DNA of 64,000 nucleotides from Candidatus Poribacteria bacterium. Its GTDB lineage: Bacteria > Poribacteria > WGA-4E > WGA-3G. The stretch covers positions 1 to 64,000 of the forward strand of contig OZ219752.1 in assembly GCA_964291315.2 (NCBI GenBank), given 5' to 3'. Below the pieces are notes generated by a model. It was not told the origin of the DNA. It saw nothing but the letters and a program-made list of their open reading frames with translations, and did not search any database. Shown piece by piece: positions 31,850 to 40,201 of this stretch (position 1 is its first letter; the number at the start of each line of letters is the position of its first letter). The position numbers and the translations under genes are program-made.

Positions 31850-31920
31850 CGTTCGGCTTGAAACCTCGAGTGCCTCACGCCTAACAGGCGGGAAGCAACA
31901 CGGCTTTGAGAATAGGTATG

Positions 31921-32979
31921 TCAGGACCTCCGAAAAATAGTATCAGAGAAAAGAGAACGGCGCAGCCCATATGTGTCCGCATGCTGAACGTGCCCAAGCC
32001 AGCTCTGCACCGAGTGGTTGACATCCGCCCACGATATCTCCCCAGCACTATAGGCATCTCTCAAGCCGCACAACCGCCGCCGTGCACGTCTCACCGAAGA
32101 CGGGCGGAGCCGACGATGCGTCGGGAAAACCTGATACCCCAAAAAATCTGTCCCCGCTTTCACCGGAAACACTTGGCACTTGTGCTTATGGAGCTTCAAC
32201 CGCAGCTGAGACAGGTAGGCGGCCATCTCCGCTTTTACCCAATGGAGCCGCGCCTTGTCTCTATCAAGCACCACAAAATCGTCTACATAACGGATATAGT
32301 AGCGACACTTCAAGTCTTCTTTGACAAAATGGTCGAACCCGTTGAGATGGATATTCGCGAAAAACTGGCTCGTCAAGTTACCGATCGGGATGCCGCGGTT
32401 TCTATGGAGCGAGGTCAGCAGATCATCGCCTTCAAAGTATTCACGCACCGGCTCTTGCGGGTTGCTCCGGTCGACAATCAGATCCATCAACGCTAACACT
32501 TTTGGGTCCCGGATCTTTCGGCGGAAGCGCGACTTGAGGATGCCGTGGTCAATAGAGGGAAAATACTTCTTGATGTCGCACTTCAGCACATACGTATTCT
32601 TACGACTGAACGCAGTGAACCGGTCCACCGCCTTATGCGTTCCCTTGCCCTTTCGGCAGGCATAGGTATCGAAGATGAACGTCCGGTCGAAGAGCGGCTC
32701 GATCACATTACACAAGGCGTGATGCACCACCCTATCACGATACGGGGCAGCACTGATCTTGCGAGGTTTCGGCTCGTAGATAGAGAACTCCCGATATTCA
32801 CCGGGGCGATACGTCTGTGTTTGCAGCTCCTCTTGGAGCTGATACAGCTCTTTTTCCAAGTGGAAGTTGAAGCGGGCGATGTCCGCCCGAAAACGTTTGC
32901 CACGTTGCGCCTTCTGAGCCGCCTCGTAGAGGTTCAGATAAGAGCAGATTTTTTCAAAGAGTCGGTTGTGCGTTTTCAT
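31921..32979 (-). CDS. DGR reverse transcriptase
   Basis: [55 protein letters not shown] (DGR-type), [13 protein letters not shown]; 352 aa, no maturase or endonuclease domain. Confidence 0.97.
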   Translation of the reverse strand: MKTHNRLFEKICSYLNLYEAAQKAQRGKRFRADIARFNFHLEKELYQLQEELQTQTYRPGEYREFSIYEPKPRKISAAPYRDRVVHHALCNVIEPLFDRTFIFDTYACRKGKGTHKAVDRFTAFSRKNTYVLKCDIKKYFPSIDHGILKSRFRRKIRDPKVLALMDLIVDRSNPQEPVREYFEGDDLLTSLHRNRGIPIGNLTSQFFANIHLNGFDHFVKEDLKCRYYIRYVDDFVVLDRDKARLHWVKAEMAAYLSQLRLKLHKHKCQVFPVKAGTDFLGYQVFPTHRRLRPSSVRRARRRLCGLRDAYSAGEISWADVNHSVQSWLGHVQHADTYGLRRSLFSDTIFRRS

Positions 32980-33323
32980 GATGCAGTAGATTGGCTGCGT
33001 ATCCAGCCTCCTATCAGTTTGCCGACTTCATTGACCTCTTGAGAGATGTAGGCATACTGTTTTGTAGAGAGGAGATTGAAGTCATGAGATAAACGGATGA
33101 GATACCGGAGTTTCTCCAACTGCACGTTGGCTCTCTGAAGTAAATGTAACCGTTTTCGCGTATAGGTGGCTTCGATGAGCACGTCGAGGGTGTCCAAGGC
33201 GAGAGTGATGGTTCTATCGCCGAGGGTGAACTTTTGGGAGCGCGGAAATCTTTCGACGCGTCCGAGGAGCCACATAATCACATCGTAGAGTTTAGGGACG
33301 GCTTGAACTGTGGAAGCTGGCAT
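32976..33323 (-). CDS. avd: DGR accessory variability determinant Avd (four-helix bundle)
   Basis: 115 aa, basic; [32 protein letters not shown]; stop overlaps the RT start (ATGA). Confidence 0.92.
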   Translation of the reverse strand: MPASTVQAVPKLYDVIMWLLGRVERFPRSQKFTLGDRTITLALDTLDVLIEATYTRKRLHLLQRANVQLEKLRYLIRLSHDFNLLSTKQYAYISQEVNEVGKLIGGWIRSQSTAS

Positions 33324-33380
33324 TTTGAGAATCTATTCAATCGGTAATTATCAGTTAAGTAAAGTGTTGGTTTTGGGCCG

Positions 33381-33405
33381 CCCACGCCTGCATAGCAGGC
33401 GTGGG
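33381..33405 (-). promoter_or_regulatory. Perfect GC-rich hairpin/cruciform downstream of VR3 (probable DGR target-recognition element)
   Basis: CCCACGCCTGC-ATA-GCAGGCGTGGG, 11-bp stem, about 25 bp past the target 3 stop. Confidence 0.75.
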
Positions 33406-33430
33406 GTATAATATGTTAAGTAGTAAAGAC

Positions 33431-34822
33431 TCAGGGCGATACAGACCTCGCACAACGAAAACCGAGGAAGCTGTTCGCGCCCGCCGGCGAATAGCCGTTG
33501 CGGTAGGCGACCCGCACGGACTGAGCCGTAGCGCGCCAGGAGCCGCCACGCTCCACGCGGGATGACTTTATTTGTGTATAGTTATCTAATATCAGGTCTA
33601 CATTGGATAGCGTGTTCACGTCTGACAACGGATTGCGAGAAGGCGAACTAAAATAGTAGTCCTTGTTATACGCATCCAGACACCACTCCCAGACATTCCC
33701 CGCCATATCATACAGACCATACCCATTCGCAGCATACGCACCCACTGCCGTCGTATCATTGACATTTCCGCCGTAGTTCGCCTGTGTGCTGCTAATCGTG
33801 TTTCCCCACGGATACTTTAGCCCCGACTTGCCGCCGCGTGCAGCTTTCTCCCACTCCGCCTCCGTCGGCAGCCGTTTGCCCTTCCATTTCGCATACCCCA
33901 CCGCAGCATACCAACTCACATACACCACGGGATGGTTCGCCTTGCCCGCAGGATAGTTGTTGTCATCATCCCAACGAGATAGGTAGGTTCCATTGTGCAA
34001 GTTGTCCGGAATACGGCTCTTCTGCCACTGCGGGTTCGCCAACACAAAACGCTTGAAGTCCAAATTCGTCACTTCATGCATGTCCATATAAAACGCATCC
34101 ACGTAGACAGTATGAACGGGCTGCTCATCCGTGCCAGATTCCGCATCGTTGCTGCCCATCTGAAACTCACCCGCAGGGATCAATACCATGCCCTCGGGCG
34201 GAGGTGGATCCGGCGGAGTGACAATAGGCACAGTAGTGGTAGTAGGGGTAGTAGTAGGGGGAGGCGTACCATCAGAACCACCACCATTGCCAGCAACAGG
34301 CGGATCCACAACAGTGCCAGTGTCCGGCGCCTCCGGCACTGCAGATACCCAACTAGACGTGATAGTCACTACAGAACGACCCGGATACTTCATAAAACCA
34401 TCCTCGCGAACAAAACCAGCACGAGGACGATTCACATAACTCAAATCAGACAACTTCACAGCCGCACTCAGCTCATCCGAGACTATCATAAACGAACGAA
34501 GCGGATGAATCCAAAAATCAAACGTCAACGTGCCACTCTTCGGTTTTATCGCCTCACCCGAACGCGAGATATGGAAGTAGATGCTGTTATCTGACCACGA
34601 ATAAAACTTACGCGTCTCACCCGGCGACAGACGATAATACCCGCGCGTCCGAAACCCGCTCGGAATGCCCGCCTTCGCAGGCCGCCACGTCGAATGGATC
34701 ACATACAAACTCTCATTGGTCTGATTCGTTACAGGGTTCGCCTTCCATTGCGCCGCTGCTAACTGAGCAACCGAAAACATCAGCACCGCAACAGTTAACA
34801 GAACAAACATTGTCCTTCTCAT
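33431..34822 (-). CDS. DGR target 3: secreted protein with N-domain, Pro/Thr linker and FGE-sulfatase (CLec) domain
   Basis: Signal peptide ending AAAQ, linker GTPPPTTTPTTTTVPIVTPPDPPPP, FGE motifs as in targets 1 and 2. Confidence 0.93.
   Translation of the reverse strand: MRRTMFVLLTVAVLMFSVAQLAAAQWKANPVTNQTNESLYVIHSTWRPAKAGIPSGFRTRGYYRLSPGETRKFYSWSDNSIYFHISRSGEAIKPKSGTLTFDFWIHPLRSFMIVSDELSAAVKLSDLSYVNRPRAGFVREDGFMKYPGRSVVTITSSWVSAVPEAPDTGTVVDPPVAGNGGGSDGTPPPTTTPTTTTVPIVTPPDPPPPEGMVLIPAGEFQMGSNDAESGTDEQPVHTVYVDAFYMDMHEVTNLDFKRFVLANPQWQKSRIPDNLHNGTYLSRWDDDNNYPAGKANHPVVYVSWYAAVGYAKWKGKRLPTEAEWEKAARGGKSGLKYPWGNTISSTQANYGGNVNDTTAVGAYAANGYGLYDMAGNVWEWCLDAYNKDYYFSSPSRNPLSDVNTLSNVDLILDNYTQIKSSRVERGGSWRATAQSVRVAYRNGYSPAGANSFLGFRCARSVSP
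33444..33562 (-). repeat. Variable repeat VR3
   Basis: Same length as TR (119 bp); between TGG and GGT TTT all 23 mismatches are at TR adenines; one non-A codon difference (TTG/GAG) at the 5' edge. Confidence 0.96.
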
Positions 34823-34977
34823 TTCAATTCTCCTTTATTCTTTAGGTTTAATATACGGCACAACCTAACAGGGTAGGCTACAAGTAAATCCTTTGTGTGC
34901 TTGTAGCATAGACTGACAGTCTGTGCCTCTTTTTAATATGATACAATGCACAACCTAATAGGTTATGCTACAGCTGA

Positions 34978-35541
34978 TTACTTCACTATTAACATTTTAC
35001 GCGTCGCACGGAAAGAACCCGCCTCAAGCGTATAGAAATAGACACCGCTCGAAACCCGCTCGCCCGAATCGTTGCGACCGTCCCAATACACCGACCGAGA
35101 CTTGCTACGGTAAACACCGGGCACCTGATGCCCTAAGCCCAACGTCCGTACCAGGCTGCCATCCGTTGAATAGATGGATACACTGACCTCAGCAGCCTCG
35201 GACAGCTCATACGGAATCCACGTCTCTGGGTTGAACGGGTTCGGGTAGTTCGGCAGCAATGCTGATTGCCGCGGTGCCGCTATGTTTTTCTCAGACAGCA
35301 AACGCGCACTCCTTTCCAATGCGGCTTGTCTGGCGCGCACAACGGCGGGCTCCGATTCGCCCGGTTCAGTCGGCATCGCATCGGGTTCAATGATAAGCCG
35401 CAGGTCTACTTCTACTTGCAGTGTAGCCGAGGGGTTCTCAGCGGGCGATTGTGCCTTGCTCCAGGCGTGCAGGGCGTAGCCGCAGGCGCCGATAGCGAGC
35501 AGGGCAATCATCAGTTTCGGGATTGTCACATACGTTTTCAT
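34978..35541 (-). CDS. Small secreted protein with FlgD Ig-like / T9SS-type-like C-terminal domain
   Basis: AGGAG RBS before MKTYVTIP, signal-like N-terminus, LLPNYPNPFNPETWIPY...YWDGRN..GE.VSSGVYFY...ATRKMLIVK. Confidence 0.85.
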   Translation of the reverse strand: MKTYVTIPKLMIALLAIGACGYALHAWSKAQSPAENPSATLQVEVDLRLIIEPDAMPTEPGESEPAVVRARQAALERSARLLSEKNIAAPRQSALLPNYPNPFNPETWIPYELSEAAEVSVSIYSTDGSLVRTLGLGHQVPGVYRSKSRSVYWDGRNDSGERVSSGVYFYTLEAGSFRATRKMLIVK

Positions 35542-35751
35542 CGGAAAATACTCCTTTTTTGTATAGGCAGGGATGTTTGTCTGACTCAATTGCGGATGAC
35601 CGCAGATGTCCTGAAGCTCCCTGCCAGTAGCGGCATCAGGACAATACGTTTTGGTGCCCCCGGGTGAGGCGGATATAATCACATCCAACCGACATATCTA
35701 ATACCCGCTACATTCCCACTTGTATGGGCATGTTTTTTTATTCTCTTGGAA

Positions 35752-36297
35752 TCATACTAAAGGCCTTCGAGACCAAAAGCCGTTACGCCCCCGCGTGTCG
35801 ATATGGACATAAGTGGCATAGCGACCAATCCCGCCATTGAATTGAAATTCGCAACCGCCGTTATTTTCACGCTCGTTCAGAGGCATATATGGAACGTTAC
35901 CAGCTGGGACCTCAACTCGAGTGCGATTGCACTCAATAGCGACTGGAGATGTGAACCATTGACCTTGCCATTGTCTTAAAATCTCACATGTTCTTTCCGA
36001 GGAAACTCCCTCGGCGCAAAAGTCGGCAGCAGAAAATGCTTGATGCTGGCTACGGGGACGTCCTTTTTTTAGATGATTGTAAGCTGGAGCTCGGTACACT
36101 GAAGTCAGGTGAATCGGCACATCGAGATCGGCGCGCAGCCGATCCAGAATGAGAATCGTCGGAACAATATTTCCCCACATATTGCGTGGGGGAATTTCAT
36201 TCAGTTCTTCTCCAGTTCCGATTAGCAATTCATTTGCTTGAAAGTGCTGCAGTTCAAGCGTGGCAATAAAGTTATTAAAATCATTAAAATCATTCAT
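35752..36297 (-). CDS. Peptidase M15A-like D-Ala-D-Ala metallopeptidase
   Basis: TSVYR...YN, SQH...AAD, GGIGRY..YVHIDTRG. Confidence 0.8.
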   Translation of the reverse strand: MNDFNDFNNFIATLELQHFQANELLIGTGEELNEIPPRNMWGNIVPTILILDRLRADLDVPIHLTSVYRAPAYNHLKKGRPRSQHQAFSAADFCAEGVSSERTCEILRQWQGQWFTSPVAIECNRTRVEVPAGNVPYMPLNERENNGGCEFQFNGGIGRYATYVHIDTRGRNGFWSRRPLV

Positions 36298-36336
36298 AGA
36301 GAGGTATCATCCTGCTGTTATTTTTCTTAAGATTAA

Positions 36337-36981
36337 TTATTTGGCATCAGTAGATTCTCTGCCAATAGGTGTCTCATCACTGTTAATGTTGTCACCGCTG
36401 CTATTAGCGTTCTTTTTAGGCATAACACTGCCATTTCGTTGGGTCATCGTTTTCGTCAGGGTATCTAGGCTAAAATTGGCAGTGAAACTGAAAAAAATCC
36501 CGGGTCTTAGCTGCCCCACATTCCTGACAATCCCCCCTAAGGTGTAGGCTAATGTGTATTTCTCGGATCTAAAGAGGAGACTGGGCCCGATCGTCACTTG
36601 CAGGTTTTCGGTGAGATTTGGCCCGCTGAGCCCCACGCCGCCGCTCAGGGCGAAACCTGCCATAACGCCCTTGTTGCGGAGAAGGGGCCAGGTCAACAAC
36701 GGAACATGCGCCAATCCGCCGGGATACTGTACGTCATCCCATTTCTTGTCCTCATGCCGCACCTTACTGAGAAAAACACCTGTTGTGAATAGGATACCGC
36801 TTAATTCTGTTCCAGATATTTTTCCCGCCTCTGTTTTCTCATCGACCTTTTTCTCTTCCAGAGCGATAGCTCCGGGGTGAAAGTTCGGCAAACAACAGAC
36901 AATGCCTAATAGGATAACGATTTTCGCCGGAAGTTTCGTCATGTTATAACTCCTTCTAAGTTGTGAGACCAAGGACCTCAC
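36337..36981 (-). CDS. Hypothetical exported or membrane protein
   Basis: 214-aa ORF with a signal-like N-terminus (probable start MTKLP), co-oriented with neighbours. Confidence 0.55.
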   Translation of the reverse strand: MRSLVSQLRRSYNMTKLPAKIVILLGIVCCLPNFHPGAIALEEKKVDEKTEAGKISGTELSGILFTTGVFLSKVRHEDKKWDDVQYPGGLAHVPLLTWPLLRNKGVMAGFALSGGVGLSGPNLTENLQVTIGPSLLFRSEKYTLAYTLGGIVRNVGQLRPGIFFSFTANFSLDTLTKTMTQRNGSVMPKKNANSSGDNINSDETPIGRESTDAK

Positions 36982-37348
36982 TTGTAGCAGTATCGTAATG
37001 TCCTTGTCTTCAGGACCTGCTAAATCTGCGTAAGTCCCATTATTGATATGCTATTCACAGTTTGCATCTTACCTTAGATTTTGTGCATCTACCAGCAATC
37101 AACAAGAACGAGAAGGCTATGTCCAAATCATGCCCGGGATCCGGTAGTACATTATTCATTTCATACTCCTTATTTTTTACGGTTAACGATCACAGTGATT
37201 ATCCCGACGCAACAACAAAAATAGCCTGCAACGTGCAAGGCACGAGCAGGCGCAAAAAAACCACGACAGCAGCAAACGCCGACGCAGCTTGGTGAACAAA
37301 TATATAAACTAAAACACTTAACTTATGTAGATATGGGGGGGGTAAGTG

Positions 37349-37371
37349 AATGTTAACTCAAAGTTAACATT
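37349..37371. promoter_or_regulatory. Perfect operator-like palindrome
   Basis: AATGTTAACT-CAA-AGTTAACATT. Confidence 0.5.
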
Positions 37372-37524
37372 ACAACACAGATCAACGAAACGCACGCAGC
37401 ACACACGTCGCAGAAGAACAACCGACGCGCATCTACTCATGTCCATGTCTATATGAAAGCTTCCCATCGTTCCTACCCCTATATCAAATACCGAAATTAT
37501 TGATAAACCAATTACACAATATTA

Positions 37525-37553
37525 ATTATACACCTATTTCGATGTTCTGTCAA
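37525..37553 (-). promoter_or_regulatory. Consensus sigma70 promoter
   Basis: TTGACA-gaacatcgaaataggtg (17 nt)-TATAAT on the minus strand. Confidence 0.75.
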
Positions 37554-37561
37554 ATTAATTA

Positions 37562-37590
37562 ATTATACCCCTATTTCAGTCTTTTGTCAA
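37562..37590 (-). promoter_or_regulatory. Consensus sigma70 promoter (tandem)
   Basis: TTGACA-aaagactgaaatagggg (17 nt)-TATAAT on the minus strand. Confidence 0.75.
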
Positions 37591-37690
37591 CTTTTTTCAA
37601 AATAAATATCAAGTTTGCGTTCCATATGCGTTCCGTATATGATGATTTTCTAGTTTTTAGTTGCTTTATTTTAGCGACTGCCTCTGCCGG

Positions 37691-38098
37691 TTATGGTTGG
37701 ACGATCCGTTGTTGCTTGAGGGTCTCTATATCTGCTGCCAGTGCCTCAATCTGCTTTTCGAAGATACGTTCTTTTCTCATGCGCCACATCATGATCACCT
37801 GTGGCAGCCCTATGACAACCCCTATTATTACCATCAGCCACGTCATCATTTTTTCTATACCACCGATGCGCGCTTCTACACCGTCTATGCGTCCATTTAC
37901 AGCGTCTATGCGTCCATTGAGGGCAGCGACTTGAGTCTTTAGGGTCAAGATGTCGGCTCTTATCGGCTTCAGCTCCGCGTTGAGCTCCTCTTTGATGATC
38001 AACCGGATCTTATTCAGATCAGCATCCGTTAACTCACAGAACACAGGCGAGGCAAGCACAAAAAAGAACACACAGATTACAAATACCTTTTCCATCAC
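37691..38098 (-). CDS. Hypothetical coiled-coil membrane protein
   Basis: Signal-like start, ELTDADLNKIRLIIKEE, heptad repeats LNGRIDA/VNGRIDG/VEARIGG, TM helix; GGAG RBS. Confidence 0.75.
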   Translation of the reverse strand: MMEKVFVICVFFFVLASPVFCELTDADLNKIRLIIKEELNAELKPIRADILTLKTQVAALNGRIDAVNGRIDGVEARIGGIEKMMTWLMVIIGVVIGLPQVIMMWRMRKERIFEKQIEALAADIETLKQQRIVQP

Positions 38099-38235
38099 GC
38101 ACTCCTCCGGCGAATATTTTTGGTTATCTGTGCCTCTGAAACGCTTGCAATATAAGCCGTCCGACTATGCAAAAGCTCTCTATCCAACAAAGAACATATC
38201 AATAATTATCAAGCACACATTTTAATACAATATTA

Positions 38236-38264
38236 ATTATACATCTATTTCGATGTTCTGTCAA
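38236..38264 (-). promoter_or_regulatory. Consensus sigma70 promoter (near-copy of 37525-37553)
   Basis: TTGACA-gaacatcgaaatagatg (17 nt)-TATAAT. Confidence 0.75.
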
Positions 38265-38716
38265 CTTTTTTCAAAAAAAGTCGAACCGCCTATCGAGAGG
38301 ATAGCAAATATTATACTCGTAATTTGATTTGTGGAATGCTGCCACATCGGACCTGGGGGGTGTCCTCTCCGCAGAGGACATCCCTGGTGCGATGCGATAG
38401 ATTCTCTATCGCCCAATGTCCCATGTCGGCATCGGGGCGTTCTTGTAGGTATGCAGAGAAATTTGGAAATTAAATCAATTGCTTTTTTTTGCGTCTGCCG
38501 ACAGCGAATTCGCGGTTGCCTCAGTCGAAGTACTTTGCGTGGCTTCCTTAGTAATTGTAGCGTATTGCGGTCTCCTTTTAGAGGGCTGTGTTTGATGTAC
38601 CTTCGGTCGCGGTCGAAACTGCGGAATTCGGTTTGGCGGTTCATAAGCGCCGTGTATCGGGCGCTGTCCTACCGAATAATCAACGGTATCTCTTTCGGCT
38701 TCAACGGGTTGGACTT

Positions 38717-39247
38717 TCATAAAATCATATCTCCCATTTGCTGGTTCAGCTTGTCTTGGACTTTCCTGCGGTGTCGGTGCGTCAAAAGAAAATCGTCCTT
38801 TAGCATCTGCGAACCGACCAAATACCACTCGCGATACTGTTCAAATGTAATCTTGAAGGGTTCTAGTGGAAAATCTGGATTGACTTCCATTTCATAGATG
38901 AATCGTTCTAAATTGAGACGTAAACTCTTAAAATATTGCGCGTTGTGGCTCAAATCAGATATGCGATCCGAAATTTTAAGGATGACATGCAGCAGGCCTA
39001 AGAGTGCAGCGCATCCTGCTATAGCGAGCCACACCATTTTTCCAGTCGGTGATCCCCATAACATCCATCCGACCATAACTGAAGCAATTGTCGTGACAGT
39101 CACGATGTTTTTGATAAACCCGTCTATCGGTCTCCATTTGTGGAGTACGGAGGTCATAAGACTTTCAGCGTAAGCGATACGGTAGAAGGTTTCAAGTGTT
39201 GTCTGCCACAAGAGGTCTTTCTGATATTTTTCAACATTTCGATCCAT
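38717..39247 (-). CDS. Hypothetical two-TM protein (possibly SLATT-like)
   Basis: 176 aa, two adjacent TM helices flanked by helical soluble parts; AGGAG RBS. Confidence 0.6.
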   Translation of the reverse strand: MDRNVEKYQKDLLWQTTLETFYRIAYAESLMTSVLHKWRPIDGFIKNIVTVTTIASVMVGWMLWGSPTGKMVWLAIAGCAALLGLLHVILKISDRISDLSHNAQYFKSLRLNLERFIYEMEVNPDFPLEPFKITFEQYREWYLVGSQMLKDDFLLTHRHRRKVQDKLNQQMGDMIL

Positions 39248-39475
39248 AAGCGGAGCTCCTTACACGCCGGCATAGAAAGAAGGGCGTGAACTTTCGATTA
39301 GACTCTATTAAGATTCAAGTACCTTACATGAGAATCTAACGTAAGAATTGAAATTGAGTGACAAATTCTTTTCCGTGAAGGTATAGAATTTATAATTACG
39401 AATTACTTGATAAGGCCCCGGGAGTCTGTTACACGCGATGCAGCTTTAGGTTCAGCGTAGCAACTACAAAGATTA

Positions 39476-40156
39476 TCAACTCAACGTTTCAGTCCATTCG
39501 TTGACAACGCGTGCCATCTCTACAAAAACGTCTTCTGTAGATTTACGTGAGCGTTTGAGAATTTTGAACCCGTGGTCTGCTGTGTCCAATAGATGTAAGG
39601 TCGCTTTGCCGCTGAGTTTTTCGCAGACCGGCTTTAATAGATCAAGGACTGCCAATTTATCCCGAGTTCCTGACAGGAATAGCATCGGCACAGTAACATC
39701 GGTGAGGTGCTGCGCCCGTTCTGTGCCCTCTCTCCCGGCAGGACGCAACGGAAATGCAAAAAATACGAGCCCTTTGACGTGCTCAATCGGTGCCTGTGCC
39801 GCGGACATTGAGGACATACGTCCACTATAGGAATGTCCACCGATGAGGATAGATAAATCGCCAGCGGTTTTATGTGCAGCGGCAGCAGCAGATCGAACAG
39901 TTTGGAGTGCAACTGCCTCCGATTCCCTACCGCCGCCACCGCGCTCCATGTAGGGAAACTGGTAACGGAACGTTGCAATGCCTCTATCTGCTAATCGTTC
40001 TGCGATGGTTTGGAGGGTTAAGTGGCGCATGTTCGTGCTTGCGCCATGCCCGAGGACAAGCAGCCATTTCGCGTTATCGGGTCGCATCAATATGGCGGAA
40101 ACTTCTCCCTTTTCTGCGGTTGCGATGAATTTAGATTCGATCGTTTCGTAACTCAT
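39476..40156 (-). CDS. Alpha/beta hydrolase (KANL3/Tex30-like)
   Basis: LGHGA, RYQFPYM, nucleophile elbow GGHSYSGR, GTRD, ADHGF. Confidence 0.85.
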   Translation of the reverse strand: MSYETIESKFIATAEKGEVSAILMRPDNAKWLLVLGHGASTNMRHLTLQTIAERLADRGIATFRYQFPYMERGGGGRESEAVALQTVRSAAAAAHKTAGDLSILIGGHSYSGRMSSMSAAQAPIEHVKGLVFFAFPLRPAGREGTERAQHLTDVTVPMLFLSGTRDKLAVLDLLKPVCEKLSGKATLHLLDTADHGFKILKRSRKSTEDVFVEMARVVNEWTETLS

Positions 40157-40201
40157 TTTTTATACCTTTGTTTAAAATAATATTAACGGATCCATTGAGA
40201 T

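Larger units (their letters stand above)
29166..34822 (-). mobile_element. Diversity-generating retroelement (target 3, avd, RT, TR, target 2, target 1)
   Basis: DGR-class RT, Avd, AAC-rich TR, and three CLec/FGE-domain genes whose 3' ends match TR almost only except at adenines. Confidence 0.97.

Noticed and set aside
31528-31940. Short ORFs overlapping TR and spacer
   Set aside because: These are by-products of the stop-poor AAC-rich TR, with no RBS or recognisable domain.
31921-32979. RT as a group II intron, retron or CRISPR-associated RT
   Set aside because: It has the DGR-type IGNLTSQ motif, no maturase/endonuclease or Cas1 domain, and is flanked by avd and TR/VR pairs.
29313-34822. 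FGE-domain genes as maturation enzymes for the sulfatase at 20251-21747
   Set aside because: The catalytic Cys pair after RGGS is absent; that segment is the DGR variable region.
38261-38897. Overlapping ORFs of 117-188 aa
   Set aside because: They conflict with each other, have atypical composition and no motifs; none can be supported.
28950-39300. Prophage or integrative element carrying the DGR
   Set aside because: No integrase, structural genes, tRNA or att repeats were seen; the M15 peptidase alone is insufficient.
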